Part shown: positions 9,547 to 19,345 of the stretch, piece after piece
Numbering within the stretch: the stretch's first letter is position 1
Layout of the letters: every line of letters begins with the position of its first letter
Origin: an uncultured Acidimicrobiaceae bacterium
GTDB lineage: Bacteria > Actinomycetota > Acidimicrobiia > Spongiisociales > UBA5794
DNA length: 64,000 nucleotides
Direction of reading: 5' to 3'
Assembly (NCBI GenBank): GCA_947258985.1
Contig: CAMYKI010000004.1
Coordinates: 21,498-85,497 of the forward strand
Position numbers and translations under genes: made by a program
The notes under the pieces: model-generated
What the model was told of the DNA's origin: nothing
The model's database searches: none
Seen by the model: only the letters and a program-made list of their open reading frames with translations

Positions 9547-11321
9547 GCGAAGAGACCACGAGTCGCTCCGGCACCGTCAGGGCTTTGCGCCGTGCCTTTC
9601 AGGAAACCCCGGCACTGAGCAAGGGCCTTGGACTCACGATCGTATTCGCGCTGCTTGGAACCTTGATCCAACTAGTCGTGCCAATAGCCATCCAGCAGGT
9701 CATCGACAAGGATCTACTCGGCCGGGACCAGGTCGAGGTCGGCAGCGTGGTCTCCAAGGGCCTGATTGCGCTCGTGGCGATGCTTCTTGCCTTCCTGGTG
9801 CGACGGCAGGCCCTGGTACGGCTCGCCCATGCTTCGGCGACCGGTCTCTCCGAGTTGCGGGTTCGCACCTTCGAGCATCTCCACAAGTTGTCGATCCTGG
9901 TGACCGAGTCGGAACGCCGCGGGGCCCTCGTTGCCCGGGTCACTTCCGACATTGCATCGATCCAGGACTTCATGGACTGGGGAGGCGTGGGGTTGCTCAT
10001 CGGCGTCGCCCAGGTGGTGGTCGCCATGATCGCCATGCTCGTCTACCGCTTCGATCTGGCGCTCGTCGTGCTGGCCGGTGTCGTTGTCTACACCGTGATG
10101 CTGGTGTGGATCCAGAAGATCCTCAGTCGCGCCCACGATCGGGTCCGCCAGCGAGTCGGGCAAAGCCTGGGAGCGATGGGTGAAGCCATTTCGGGCCTTC
10201 CCGTCATCCGCGCCTACGGCGCGGAAGAGGAAACAAGGGCCAAAGTCGCAGATGCGCTCGACGCCCAGTTCAACAGCGAATTTCGTACTGCCATGTTGGG
10301 AGCGAGCCTCTTTTCGAGCGCCGAGATGTTCGCCGGATTGATCACCGCGGCCGTCATCGGCATCGGTGTCGTCACCGGGGTGGACGCCGGTATGAGCGCC
10401 GGCACCCTCATTGCGTTCCTCTTCCTCGTGAACCTGCTCGTCCAACCGATCCAGACGCTTGTCGAGACTCTGAATCACGCCCAATCGGCCGGCGCCGGGG
10501 TGCGCCGGATCCTGCGCATCCTCGACAGCCCGATCGAAATCGACGACCCCGCAACTCCCGTCCCGATCCCCGACGGTGCCCTCGACATCGACTTCGCCGG
10601 CGTTTCCTTCTACTACAAGGAGGACGCTCCGCTCTTCGAGGATCTCAGCTTGCACATCGAGGCCGGCACCCGGGTCGCCGTTGTTGGTGAAACCGGATCG
10701 GGCAAGTCAACATTCTCGAAACTGCTGACCCGGATCCACGACCCGATCGAGGGTGCCGTCCTGGTGGGCGGAGTACCGCTCGCCTCGGTTGACACCGCCG
10801 ACTTGCGTGCCCGGCTGTCATACGTGCCCCAGGAGGGGTTCCTGTTCGATACCACGATCGCCGACAACATCCGCTACGGGAAACCCGACGCGACCGACAA
10901 CGAAATCCGGATTGCCGTCAGAGATCTCGAACTGGAATCCTGGCTTGCCGAGATGCCCGGAGGTCTCACGACACCGGTTGGAGAACGCGGCGGGCAGCTC
11001 TCTTCGGGGGAGCGGCAACTCGTCGCCCTGGCCCGAGCATGGATCGCAGGACCCGATGTACTGGTTCTCGACGAGGCCACTTCTGCTGTTGATCCGGCTC
11101 TCGAGGTGCAAACCAGACGAGCAATGGAGCGTCTCATCAGCGGGCGCACCAGTGTCACGGTGGCACACCGCCTATCCACTGCTGAGGCGGCCGACGAGAT
11201 TCTCGTTTTCGATGAGGGAGTCCTTGTGGAGCGGGGAAGCCACAACGATCTGGTCGCCGCCGGTGGGGTCTACACGGCCCTCTACGCAGACTGGGTCAAG
11301 GGCACCGCAAAAGTCGACTGA
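9543..11321 (+). CDS. ABC exporter, fused permease-ATPase, subunit 2 of a heterodimer
   Basis: Walker A GETGSGKST, signature LSSGERQLVALARA, and a canonical Walker B VLVLDEATSAVD. It overlaps subunit 1 by 4 nt (GTGA), which indicates translational coupling. Confidence 0.8.
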   Translation: MSEETTSRSGTVRALRRAFQETPALSKGLGLTIVFALLGTLIQLVVPIAIQQVIDKDLLGRDQVEVGSVVSKGLIALVAMLLAFLVRRQALVRLAHASATGLSELRVRTFEHLHKLSILVTESERRGALVARVTSDIASIQDFMDWGGVGLLIGVAQVVVAMIAMLVYRFDLALVVLAGVVVYTVMLVWIQKILSRAHDRVRQRVGQSLGAMGEAISGLPVIRAYGAEEETRAKVADALDAQFNSEFRTAMLGASLFSSAEMFAGLITAAVIGIGVVTGVDAGMSAGTLIAFLFLVNLLVQPIQTLVETLNHAQSAGAGVRRILRILDSPIEIDDPATPVPIPDGALDIDFAGVSFYYKEDAPLFEDLSLHIEAGTRVAVVGETGSGKSTFSKLLTRIHDPIEGAVLVGGVPLASVDTADLRARLSYVPQEGFLFDTTIADNIRYGKPDATDNEIRIAVRDLELESWLAEMPGGLTTPVGERGGQLSSGERQLVALARAWIAGPDVLVLDEATSAVDPALEVQTRRAMERLISGRTSVTVAHRLSTAEAADEILVFDEGVLVERGSHNDLVAAGGVYTALYADWVKGTAKVD

Positions 11322-11332
11322 GCGAGGCGCTG

Positions 11333-12115
11333 GTGGATGCCAACACGCGGAACCGCCTCGAGGCAGCAGGCATCGATCCGACCCACATCGACGATCCGCA
11401 CGCGGCATGGCTGTTGTTGTTCGACCATTTCGGGCGGCGGGCCACCGTCACAGATCGATACGCCATCGAGGCAGCAGCGCGCCACCTCCGGCCGCACGAT
11501 CTCTCGGTAGAGGATCGGGAGCGTCTTTCCCGCGAGGTGCTGCAAACCCAGTTTCCCGGCATCGAGCTCGTCGGCGAAACCAGCAAGACTCCCGTCGAGG
11601 TATTGCCGTACGACCCGCGATGGCCCCTCCAATTCGCCAGATGGAATCGCAGATTGTCCAGTGTGCTGCCGGCAACGACGCCCGTCAGACATGTGGGTTC
11701 CACGGCCGTGCCCGGGCTCGTCGCCAAGCCGATAGTCGACATCCAGATCAGCGTCGGCGACATCGGCGAGGAATCTGCCTATCAGGGCGGAATTGAGTCT
11801 CTGGGCTTGCCACTGCAAAGCCGTGACCCCCGGCATCGCTACTTCCGTCCCCCGGCAGGGTCGCCGCGGACCGTCCACGTCCACGTGTGCGGCATCGGGA
11901 GCTCGTGGGAGAGCGATCATCTGCTCTTTCGTGACTTTCTGCGTTCCACCCCCGAAGCGAGCGACCGGTACGGTGCCCTCAAGATGCGCCTCGCACAGCA
12001 GTATCGCAACGATCGTCTCGCCTACACCGATGCCAAGACCGAATTCATCCTCGCAACGATGGACGACGCCCGCATGTGGGCGGAGAAGACCTCCTGGACG
12101 ATTCCACCGGCATAG
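11333..12115 (+). CDS. GrpB-family protein (UPF0157, nucleotidyltransferase-like) with an about 85-aa N-terminal extension
   Basis: The C-terminal 175 aa carry the GrpB hallmark HVGSTAVPGLVAKPIVDIQISV. The N-terminal 85 aa resemble no known domain. It is unresolved whether they are translated or whether the true start is an internal GTG. Confidence 0.55.
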   Translation: MDANTRNRLEAAGIDPTHIDDPHAAWLLLFDHFGRRATVTDRYAIEAAARHLRPHDLSVEDRERLSREVLQTQFPGIELVGETSKTPVEVLPYDPRWPLQFARWNRRLSSVLPATTPVRHVGSTAVPGLVAKPIVDIQISVGDIGEESAYQGGIESLGLPLQSRDPRHRYFRPPAGSPRTVHVHVCGIGSSWESDHLLFRDFLRSTPEASDRYGALKMRLAQQYRNDRLAYTDAKTEFILATMDDARMWAEKTSWTIPPA

Positions 12116-12211
12116 GACCACACCAAGAACACGTGGTTTCGTGTCATACCCGACGTGTAGGGTCGAAATACGTCCCCAGGCGGGGAAGCACACACTGGAG
12201 GGATCACAGAT

Positions 12212-13024
12212 ATGGGCTATCAACATGGACTCTTTTCGTGGACCGACATCTCGGTTCCCGACCCGGATGCAGGCAGGACGTTCTACACCTCCTTGTTCGG
12301 GTGGGAAGCAGACGAGCAGCTGTTCCCCGACGGCTCGCTGATGTACATCATGTTCCGCAGGGACGGGAAAGCCGTTGCGGGCATGGGAAAGCAGATGCCG
12401 GAAATGACCGAGCAGGGAATCCCGCCAGTGTGGAACTCCTACATCTCGGTAGACAGCGTTGACGACACCATCGAGAAGTGGACCGCGGCCGGCGGCTCGG
12501 TGATGATGCCGGCTATGGACGTCATGACCAGCGGCCGCATGGCGTTCGTCGTGGATGCGGAAGGCGCGGCGGTGGGTTTGTGGGAGGCCGGGGACCACGT
12601 CGGTGCCGGGGTATTCCACGTGCCAGGAGCAATGTCGTGGAACGAATTGAACACCCGCAACGTGGATGCGGCGCGCGACTTCTACGGCGCAGCTCTCGGC
12701 TGGGAGTTCGAGGCGTTTGAGGGCGGCGAAGGCCCCGTCTACTGGCTGGTCACTATTCCGGGGAAGAAGCAGGGCGATCCGCTCAGCAACGACAACACCA
12801 ACGGCGGAATGCTCACAATCACCGAAGCCTTCCCCCCGGAGATGCCTGCGCATTGGAATGTCTACTTCACCGTCGCCGATGTCGACGCAACCGCAGCCAC
12901 ACTCGATCGACTGGGCGGCAACGTGCTCGTTCAGGCGTTTGACACCCCCGCGGGGCGCATGGCGGTACTCCAGGACCCTCAGGGCGGAACGTTCTCAGTC
13001 ATCCAGCCACCTGCGGCCGCATAG
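12212..13024 (+). CDS. VOC-family protein (two glyoxalase / bleomycin-resistance-like domains)
   Basis: 270 aa with two repeats of the paired beta-alpha-beta-beta-beta module (e.g. AVGLWE, GGTFSVIQ). The ribosome-binding site is GGAGGGATCACAGAT before the ATG. Confidence 0.6.
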   Translation: MGYQHGLFSWTDISVPDPDAGRTFYTSLFGWEADEQLFPDGSLMYIMFRRDGKAVAGMGKQMPEMTEQGIPPVWNSYISVDSVDDTIEKWTAAGGSVMMPAMDVMTSGRMAFVVDAEGAAVGLWEAGDHVGAGVFHVPGAMSWNELNTRNVDAARDFYGAALGWEFEAFEGGEGPVYWLVTIPGKKQGDPLSNDNTNGGMLTITEAFPPEMPAHWNVYFTVADVDATAATLDRLGGNVLVQAFDTPAGRMAVLQDPQGGTFSVIQPPAAA

Positions 13025-13075
13025 CGGCCGGGGTCAGTCCGGGGCGGTGCCATGTCGCTCCGGACGACTCAGGTC

Positions 13076-14536
13076 TTACCGCCGCCACCAGCGATGTGTG
13101 AGCAAGATCACAATCGGATAGATCTCGAGACGCCCGACCAGCATCAGGAACGAAAGCACGATCTTGCTGTCGGCGCCGAGGCTCGCATAGTTCGAGGTAG
13201 GCCCGAGATCGCCCAGGGCGGGGCCCACGTTGCCAATGGCCGATGCTGAGGCGGATCCGATGGTGGTGAGATCAAGCGCCGGCTCCATAAATCCGAGCAG
13301 CACTGCGCCTCCTACGAAGAACCCGACGTAGAGGACGAAGAAGGCGACCACCCCGTGGACCAAGCGCGGCTCGATGGCCTTTCCCCCGAAATGCTGCACT
13401 GAAACCAGGTTCGGATAGATGATGCGCTTGATACTGGACCCAATTGTCTTGAAGAGAATGCCCAACCGATAGGTCTTGACGGCGCCGGCGGTCGAACCGG
13501 CCATGCCGCCGAGAAACATAAAAACCAGCAACGCCAGCAGGAGACCCGGTGCCCACGCCGCCCAATCCACCGTCGCATACCCTGTCCCCGTGACCATCGT
13601 GACGCCGGTAAACGCTGCGTCGCGAATCCGGGACTCGATGCCCGATCCAAGGGACCAGCTCCCGAGGGCAACAACGAGAATTGCGATCCCGATGATCGAG
13701 AGGTAGCCGATGAACTCCTTGCTCTCCATGTAGACCTTTGGCCGGGTCAGCGCCCGGAAGTGGAGCGCAAAGGAGGCCCCGGCTATCAGCATGAAGGCGA
13801 CGATCACCCACTGGGTGTAGGGACTGAAGCCGCCGATCGAGGTCGCCTCGGTGCCAAAACCGCCGGTCGGCATGGTGGTCAGTCCATGAGCGATTGCCTG
13901 GAAGAGATCCATGTCACCGACGGCGAGAAGGAAGATCTCGATGACGGTCAGTCCCACGTACAGCCACCACAACCTCTCTGCCGTGTCGCGGAAGCGGGGA
14001 GTCATCCGCTCCGGTTCGGGCCCGGGCGCCTCGGCCCGGGCCAACTCGACTCCACCGGCACCCAACATCGGCAGAACCGCAATCGACAAGACAATGATCC
14101 CCATTCCCCCGACCCACTGCGTCGTCGCCCGCCAGATCAACATGGCGTGAGAGAGATCGCCCGGATCCTCGAGGACAGTTGCACCGGTAGTCGTGAAACC
14201 GGCCGCCGTCTCAAACAGCGCGTTGATCGGATGCTCGAACGTTCCGGCGACGAGGTATGGAAGGGTGCCAAAAAGGATCAGGACCATCCATGAGATTGCC
14301 ACCGCCGCAAAACCCTCGCGCGAAGTGAAGGGAACCGAGGTCCTCCGCAACCGCCTGCCAAGAAACCAGATGACGGCACCCACGGCCAACGTGCCTGCAA
14401 GAGCCGCGGTATCGTCCCACTCCCCGTAGATGATCCCGGCGACAATCGCAGGCAGGGTCGCCACCCCTCCGGCGGCGGTGACAGCCGTGACCACAACAAC
14501 CACCCGCAGCCGGCCTGGATGCTCCCGCGTACTCAC
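13076..14536 (-). CDS. trkH: TrkH/KtrB-family K+ uptake membrane subunit
   Basis: 486 aa and polytopic. It has the repeated selectivity-filter-like MPTGGFG and GTGYAT motifs typical of TrkH. Confidence 0.8.
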   Translation of the reverse strand: MSTREHPGRLRVVVVVTAVTAAGGVATLPAIVAGIIYGEWDDTAALAGTLAVGAVIWFLGRRLRRTSVPFTSREGFAAVAISWMVLILFGTLPYLVAGTFEHPINALFETAAGFTTTGATVLEDPGDLSHAMLIWRATTQWVGGMGIIVLSIAVLPMLGAGGVELARAEAPGPEPERMTPRFRDTAERLWWLYVGLTVIEIFLLAVGDMDLFQAIAHGLTTMPTGGFGTEATSIGGFSPYTQWVIVAFMLIAGASFALHFRALTRPKVYMESKEFIGYLSIIGIAILVVALGSWSLGSGIESRIRDAAFTGVTMVTGTGYATVDWAAWAPGLLLALLVFMFLGGMAGSTAGAVKTYRLGILFKTIGSSIKRIIYPNLVSVQHFGGKAIEPRLVHGVVAFFVLYVGFFVGGAVLLGFMEPALDLTTIGSASASAIGNVGPALGDLGPTSNYASLGADSKIVLSFLMLVGRLEIYPIVILLTHRWWRR

Positions 14537-15861
14537 GCCAGGAGCAGCTTCTCGACCGCGTCAATGCACTCGCTCTTGGCGAAGATCACCACATGATCAC
14601 CGACCTCGAGGACCGTGTCCCCCTTGGGCACAAGCACCCCTCTGCCGCGAGCGATGCCACCCAGAACGGCATCTCGCGGCATCCCCAGATTGATCAGTTC
14701 GAGCCCAACCGCAGGGGAGCCGGCCGCCAGTTCGATTTCAATCGCCTCGGCATCGGTGTCCTTGACCGTTGCCACAGAGAGAATGCGATCGCGTCGCACG
14801 AACTGGAGGATCATGTTCGCCACGGCAACACGCGATGACAGGGTGGCGTCGATGCCCACGTTGCGGAGAAGACCAGCGACGTTGCGATGCCCGAAGCGGG
14901 CAATTGTCTTGGGCGCTCCGACGGCACTCGCCATGAGGCAACCCATCAGATTCAGCTCGTCGTGCCCGGACAATCCGACGACAACGTCCCCCGAACCGAG
15001 GCGCAGTGAAGCCAGGAAGTCGGGATCGGTGGGATCGGCCTGGAGAATCGACGCCCGGCAGCGCCGGGCCATTAGGGCAGCTCGTTCCTGTTCCTCTTCG
15101 ACGATGAGCACCTCGTGGCCGGTGTCGAGCAGGATCTCGGCCGTCATTTCGGCAATGCGGGTACCCCCGAGGATCACAACTCGTTCTATGGGCTCGGTGT
15201 CGATGCCGAACATGCCGATCACGTCGCGCACCCGGTCGGTTTCCGCCATAACCACAACGTGGTCACCCGGCCTTATCTCGGTGTCGCCGCGGCCGATCGT
15301 GGTCTCCTCTCCGCGCACAACTGCGGCGACGATGAAGCTCCATCCTTCCGCAAGGGGACGCAGATCCTGAACGGTCTTTCCAGCGGCAATGCCGCCCTCA
15401 GTGACGACGCCGGCAACGAGGCTGAGCTGCTCGTTGGCAAACATGGCGAGTTCCGTCACGCCGGCATATTCGGCAAGCCGTGCGGCCTGCACCGCCGTTG
15501 ACTCCCTGGCGTCCACAGCGACATCGACTCCCAGCCCCGGCGAGACTTCCCGAAGATCCGGATCCTCGACCCTGCCTACCGTTCTGGGTACTCCGAGAGC
15601 CTTGGCGCTGCGACAGGCCAGGACGTTGGCGCCATCGCTGTCGGTGACGGCAAGGAAGAGACCGGCATGATCAACACCGGCGCGTCGCAAGACGGCAGGG
15701 CTCGCCCCGTTGCCCCGGATGGCCAGCACGTCCAGCCGATCCTGGATCCGGGCGGCCTTGTCCTCATCGGCCTCGATGATCACGACTTCCTGGCCCTCGG
15801 CAACGAGCCGCTCGGCGAGATAGGAGCCATCGTGACCGGCACCAACGATCACCACCCGCAC
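14533..15861 (-). CDS. trkA: TrkA K+ uptake protein (two RCK / NAD-binding domains)
   Basis: MRVVIVGAGHDGSYLA is the first Rossmann GxGxxG. A second Rossmann (VVILGGTRIAEM) and the two RCK_C domains follow. It overlaps trkH by 4 nt. Confidence 0.85.
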   Translation of the reverse strand: MRVVIVGAGHDGSYLAERLVAEGQEVVIIEADEDKAARIQDRLDVLAIRGNGASPAVLRRAGVDHAGLFLAVTDSDGANVLACRSAKALGVPRTVGRVEDPDLREVSPGLGVDVAVDARESTAVQAARLAEYAGVTELAMFANEQLSLVAGVVTEGGIAAGKTVQDLRPLAEGWSFIVAAVVRGEETTIGRGDTEIRPGDHVVVMAETDRVRDVIGMFGIDTEPIERVVILGGTRIAEMTAEILLDTGHEVLIVEEEQERAALMARRCRASILQADPTDPDFLASLRLGSGDVVVGLSGHDELNLMGCLMASAVGAPKTIARFGHRNVAGLLRNVGIDATLSSRVAVANMILQFVRRDRILSVATVKDTDAEAIEIELAAGSPAVGLELINLGMPRDAVLGGIARGRGVLVPKGDTVLEVGDHVVIFAKSECIDAVEKLLLA

Positions 15862-15926
15862 TGTCCAACTCCTCTAATGAGATCAGGCCGCAGAGTAGCC
15901 AGACCCGGTTGATTTCAGTGGATGTG

Positions 15927-18900
15927 CTATCGAAAGTCCCGAGACCGGATTCCTTCCACCGGCCAGTTCTCGAAACGGTGGGCCACGAAGTTGGTGACCC
16001 CATCTTGGTATTCGAGAACACCGTCCAACACGACACCGATTGCTTTCCTGGCGACCTCGTAGTTGGCCTCCCAGACCTGAGGAAGGACCACCACGTTGAG
16101 CAACCCCGTTTCGTCTTCGAGGTTGAGGAAACGAACCCCTCGAGCGGTGCTGGGCCGCTGCCTGTGGGTTATCAGGCCGCCTACACGGGTTCTCTTCCCG
16201 TGGGTCTTCATAGCAAGAGCGTCTGCGATCAGGATGCAACCCGCATCATCGAGACGATCCCTGAGGAAGTGAACCGGATGGGTCGGCGAAATCGAGGTAG
16301 ACCAGAGTTCGGCTTGCATGACTTCGGGGGGCGACATTGCGGCCAGTTCGGGTGCGGCGGAGCCCTCTGCCAGCGCCAGTTTGCCGGGGCCCAGCTCCGA
16401 CAGCGCTCCAGCCGCCCAGATACCCTCGCGCCGACCGATTCCGAGCGGCAGCAGGGCGCCCGATGCAGACAAAGCCTCCAGGGCCCCGATGTCGAGCCCG
16501 GTGCGCTGCGCCAGATCCTCGGCGGCATCGAACGGTCCGCCGATCTGCCGGGCGGCTTCAATGCGGGTGATCTCCTTGTCGCCGAGATTCCTTACATACC
16601 GCAGCCCGATTCGCAGCGCGACCGGTATGCGAATGGGATCGTCCACGGGTCCTTCCCCTTGCCGCCATTGTGTACCCAGATACTCGCTGACCTGGCCTTT
16701 TTGCACCGGGTGAGGGACAACGGTGCAGTCGTACCAGGATTGATTTATGTCGGGAGGCAAGACGACAACCCCGTGATGCTGGGCGTCTTGGACGAGCGAG
16801 TTGGGACTGTAGAAACCCATAGGCTGGGCGTTGAGCAGCCCGGCAAAAAACTCGCTGGGCCAGTGATACTTCAACCAGGAAGTGGCGTAGACGATGTAGG
16901 CGAACGATACGGAGTGGCTCTCGGGGAAACCAAAGGAGGCGAATCCCTGCAGTTTCTCCCATATCTCGTCGGCAGCGGCACCGACTATGCCGTTGCCTGC
17001 CATGCCCCGGACAACCTCCTCACGCAACTTGTCCATCTCCTCGTTGGAGCGCTTGTGGGTCATTGCCTGACGAAGCCGATCGGATTGGCCGGCCGTGAAA
17101 CCTGCGCAGATACGAGCCAGCTCCATGAGCTGCTCTTGAAAAACGGGTATGCCGAGAGTCTTTTCGAGGATGGGTCTTGCCGACTCGTGGGGAAACCGCA
17201 CCTTCTCGAGACCGTTACGGCGACGCAGGAACGGGTGCACCGAATGGCCCTGAATAGGTCCCGGACGAATAAGGGCCACCTCGATTGCCAGGTCGTAGAA
17301 GGTACGCGGTTTCATCTTCGGAAGGGTGGCCATCTGGGCTCGTGACTCGACCTGAAATATGCCGACCGTGTCCGCTCTTGTCAGCATGTCGTATATGACG
17401 GGTTCCTGCGGGATGGTGGCAAGGTCGATATCGACCCCGTGAACCTCGCTGATCATGTCAACCGAGAGATGCATCCCATTGAGCGCTCCCAGTGCAAGCA
17501 GGTCGAACTTCACGATCCCCATGGCAGCGCAATCGTCCTTGTCCCATTGCAGCACCGAGCGGTCCTCCATCCGCCCCCACTCGAGCGGCACCACCTCCCA
17601 CAACGGCCGCTGCGAAACGACCATCCCCCCCGAGTGGATGCCAAGATGCCGGGGAAAGCCATCGAGACGGTCGCAAACGTCGTAGATGAGCTCGGCCGTC
17701 AGACCCTCGGGAAGTTGCACCTCGGTGCGGATGGCCTTCGGATTGCGTGTGTCGAGATATTTGGTCAGCCCGTTCACTTGAGCCTGGGTCAGGCCGAAAG
17801 CCTTGCCCACATCTTGCAAGACAGATCTCGCCCGGTAGGTGATGACGTTTGCCACCATGGCCGCCCGTTCCCGGCCGTACTGTTGGTAGCAATACTGAAT
17901 GACCTCTTCGCGACGTTCCGCCTCGAAGTCGATGTCGATGTCGGGGGGACGGCCCCGTTCGGCGGACAAGAACCGCTCGAAGGGCAGGTTGAGACGAATG
18001 GGGTCAACCCTGGTGAGACCAATGCAGCGGCAGATTGCGGAATCGGCGCCCGACCCCCGAATCTGGCAGTAGATATCTCGCGATCTGGCGAATCGCACAA
18101 TGTCCCAAGCAACGAGGAAGAACCCGGCGAAACCAAGATCTCCGATGACGTCGAGCTCGTGCTCGAGCCGGGAGCGTGCCCGAGGGTCTATCCGTCCATC
18201 TTCGCCGGGGTAGACGGTACGCGCCCCTTCGAATGCCAGGTGAGTTAGGTATTCGATCTCCGTGGTGAATGCACCCGGCATCGGGAAGTCGGGAAGATCG
18301 GGGGCAAGGAGATCCAGATCGAAAGCAAGGTCCGCACCCAGTTCAGCGGCTCGTTCCACGGCACCCCTATAGCGCCCGAGTCTGCGCTGCATCTCCGCAG
18401 GGCTGCGCAAGTGGCGCTCGTCGGTAGCGGGGCGGAAGCCGTCGGCAACATCGAGGTCACGCCGTCCGCCGATAGCTGCCAGCACTTCAGCAAGGTCCGC
18501 GTCACGGCGCGAGGCATAGTGGACGTTGTTGGTGGCGATCAGCGGAATCCGAGTTATACGTGCGACCTCGGCGACTACATCGTTGCGGAGATCATCCTCC
18601 GGCATCCCATGGTCCCAGACTTCGAGGTAGAACCGTCCCGGGAAGATGTCGCGCAGATGCTCGGCCGCGGCGATTGCGCCATTCAGGTCTCGGGCGAGTG
18701 CGGCCCGGTTGACCGCACCGGAGTGACATCCAGACAGCGCAACGAGGCTCCCGTGACGGGCTGCCTCTGCGAGATTGTCGTATGTGTAACGCGGTTCGTC
18801 CTTCTGACCGCGGAACTGGCCTCTGGTGACAAAGCGAGCAATGGCGGCATACCCGGCAGGATTGGGAGCCAGCAACACCAGATGATCGGTCGGCGGTTTC

Positions 18901-19259
18901 ACGACCGGCTTTGATCCGTGCATCCGTCGAACCCGGCCCCGGCGCGGTGTTTCTGCTTCTTCGGGCCTCTCCTGCAAAGGAGCGCTGCTGCTCTCGCCCA
19001 TTGCGACGACCGGCGAACCCGAAGGCAGACCGATGTCCGCAATCTGCGGCATGCCTACCTCCGTGCCGTAGACCACGGGAAGCCCGATACGACGGGCGGA
19101 CTGATGAACCTTGGCCGCACCGCGGAAGCCATCGTGATCGGTCACACCAAGTGCGGTGTAACCCAACTCGGCAGCGACCGCCACCATCTCCTCCGGGTGA
19201 GAGGCGCCATCGAGGAAGCTCATATTCGTATGGCTGTGCAACTCCGCATACCTGACCAT
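15927..19259 (-). CDS. dnaE2: Error-prone DNA polymerase III alpha-like subunit DnaE2 (ImuC)
   Basis: 1110 aa. An N-terminal PHP domain (YAELHSHTNMSFLDGAS) is followed by the Pol III alpha catalytic core. The length is typical of DnaE2 rather than the roughly 1180-aa DnaE1. A LexA box sits directly upstream and imuA'-imuB lies 20 kb away. Confidence 0.8.
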   Translation of the reverse strand: MVRYAELHSHTNMSFLDGASHPEEMVAVAAELGYTALGVTDHDGFRGAAKVHQSARRIGLPVVYGTEVGMPQIADIGLPSGSPVVAMGESSSAPLQERPEEAETPRRGRVRRMHGSKPVVKPPTDHLVLLAPNPAGYAAIARFVTRGQFRGQKDEPRYTYDNLAEAARHGSLVALSGCHSGAVNRAALARDLNGAIAAAEHLRDIFPGRFYLEVWDHGMPEDDLRNDVVAEVARITRIPLIATNNVHYASRRDADLAEVLAAIGGRRDLDVADGFRPATDERHLRSPAEMQRRLGRYRGAVERAAELGADLAFDLDLLAPDLPDFPMPGAFTTEIEYLTHLAFEGARTVYPGEDGRIDPRARSRLEHELDVIGDLGFAGFFLVAWDIVRFARSRDIYCQIRGSGADSAICRCIGLTRVDPIRLNLPFERFLSAERGRPPDIDIDFEAERREEVIQYCYQQYGRERAAMVANVITYRARSVLQDVGKAFGLTQAQVNGLTKYLDTRNPKAIRTEVQLPEGLTAELIYDVCDRLDGFPRHLGIHSGGMVVSQRPLWEVVPLEWGRMEDRSVLQWDKDDCAAMGIVKFDLLALGALNGMHLSVDMISEVHGVDIDLATIPQEPVIYDMLTRADTVGIFQVESRAQMATLPKMKPRTFYDLAIEVALIRPGPIQGHSVHPFLRRRNGLEKVRFPHESARPILEKTLGIPVFQEQLMELARICAGFTAGQSDRLRQAMTHKRSNEEMDKLREEVVRGMAGNGIVGAAADEIWEKLQGFASFGFPESHSVSFAYIVYATSWLKYHWPSEFFAGLLNAQPMGFYSPNSLVQDAQHHGVVVLPPDINQSWYDCTVVPHPVQKGQVSEYLGTQWRQGEGPVDDPIRIPVALRIGLRYVRNLGDKEITRIEAARQIGGPFDAAEDLAQRTGLDIGALEALSASGALLPLGIGRREGIWAAGALSELGPGKLALAEGSAAPELAAMSPPEVMQAELWSTSISPTHPVHFLRDRLDDAGCILIADALAMKTHGKRTRVGGLITHRQRPSTARGVRFLNLEDETGLLNVVVLPQVWEANYEVARKAIGVVLDGVLEYQDGVTNFVAHRFENWPVEGIRSRDFR

Positions 19260-19267
19260 GACGACCC

Positions 19268-19295
19268 ATCATATCGAACATATGTTCGATATGAT
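19268..19295. promoter_or_regulatory. LexA SOS box between the divergent dnaE2 and ACT-domain genes
   Basis: A 28-bp perfect palindrome ATCATATCGAACATATGTTCGATATGAT contains the actinobacterial LexA consensus TCGAAC-N4-GTTCGA. It lies 9-15 nt upstream of the dnaE2 ATG. Confidence 0.7.
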
Positions 19296-19345
19296 TAGAA
19301 GCTCCGCGATTCCCACTCGCCCACCCAAAGGCGTAGGCTGGTGAC

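Noticed and set aside
11282-12853. A 523-aa minus-strand ORF, and many other long ORFs antisense to annotated genes (e.g. 9714-10655, 30671-31699, 4079-4780, 36579-37286, 32905-33441, 1-207)
   Set aside because: These are typical high-GC shadow ORFs. They are Arg/Gly/Pro-rich with no recognisable domains. They are antisense or out of frame to genes with strong homology, and they lack the GC3 bias of the real frame.
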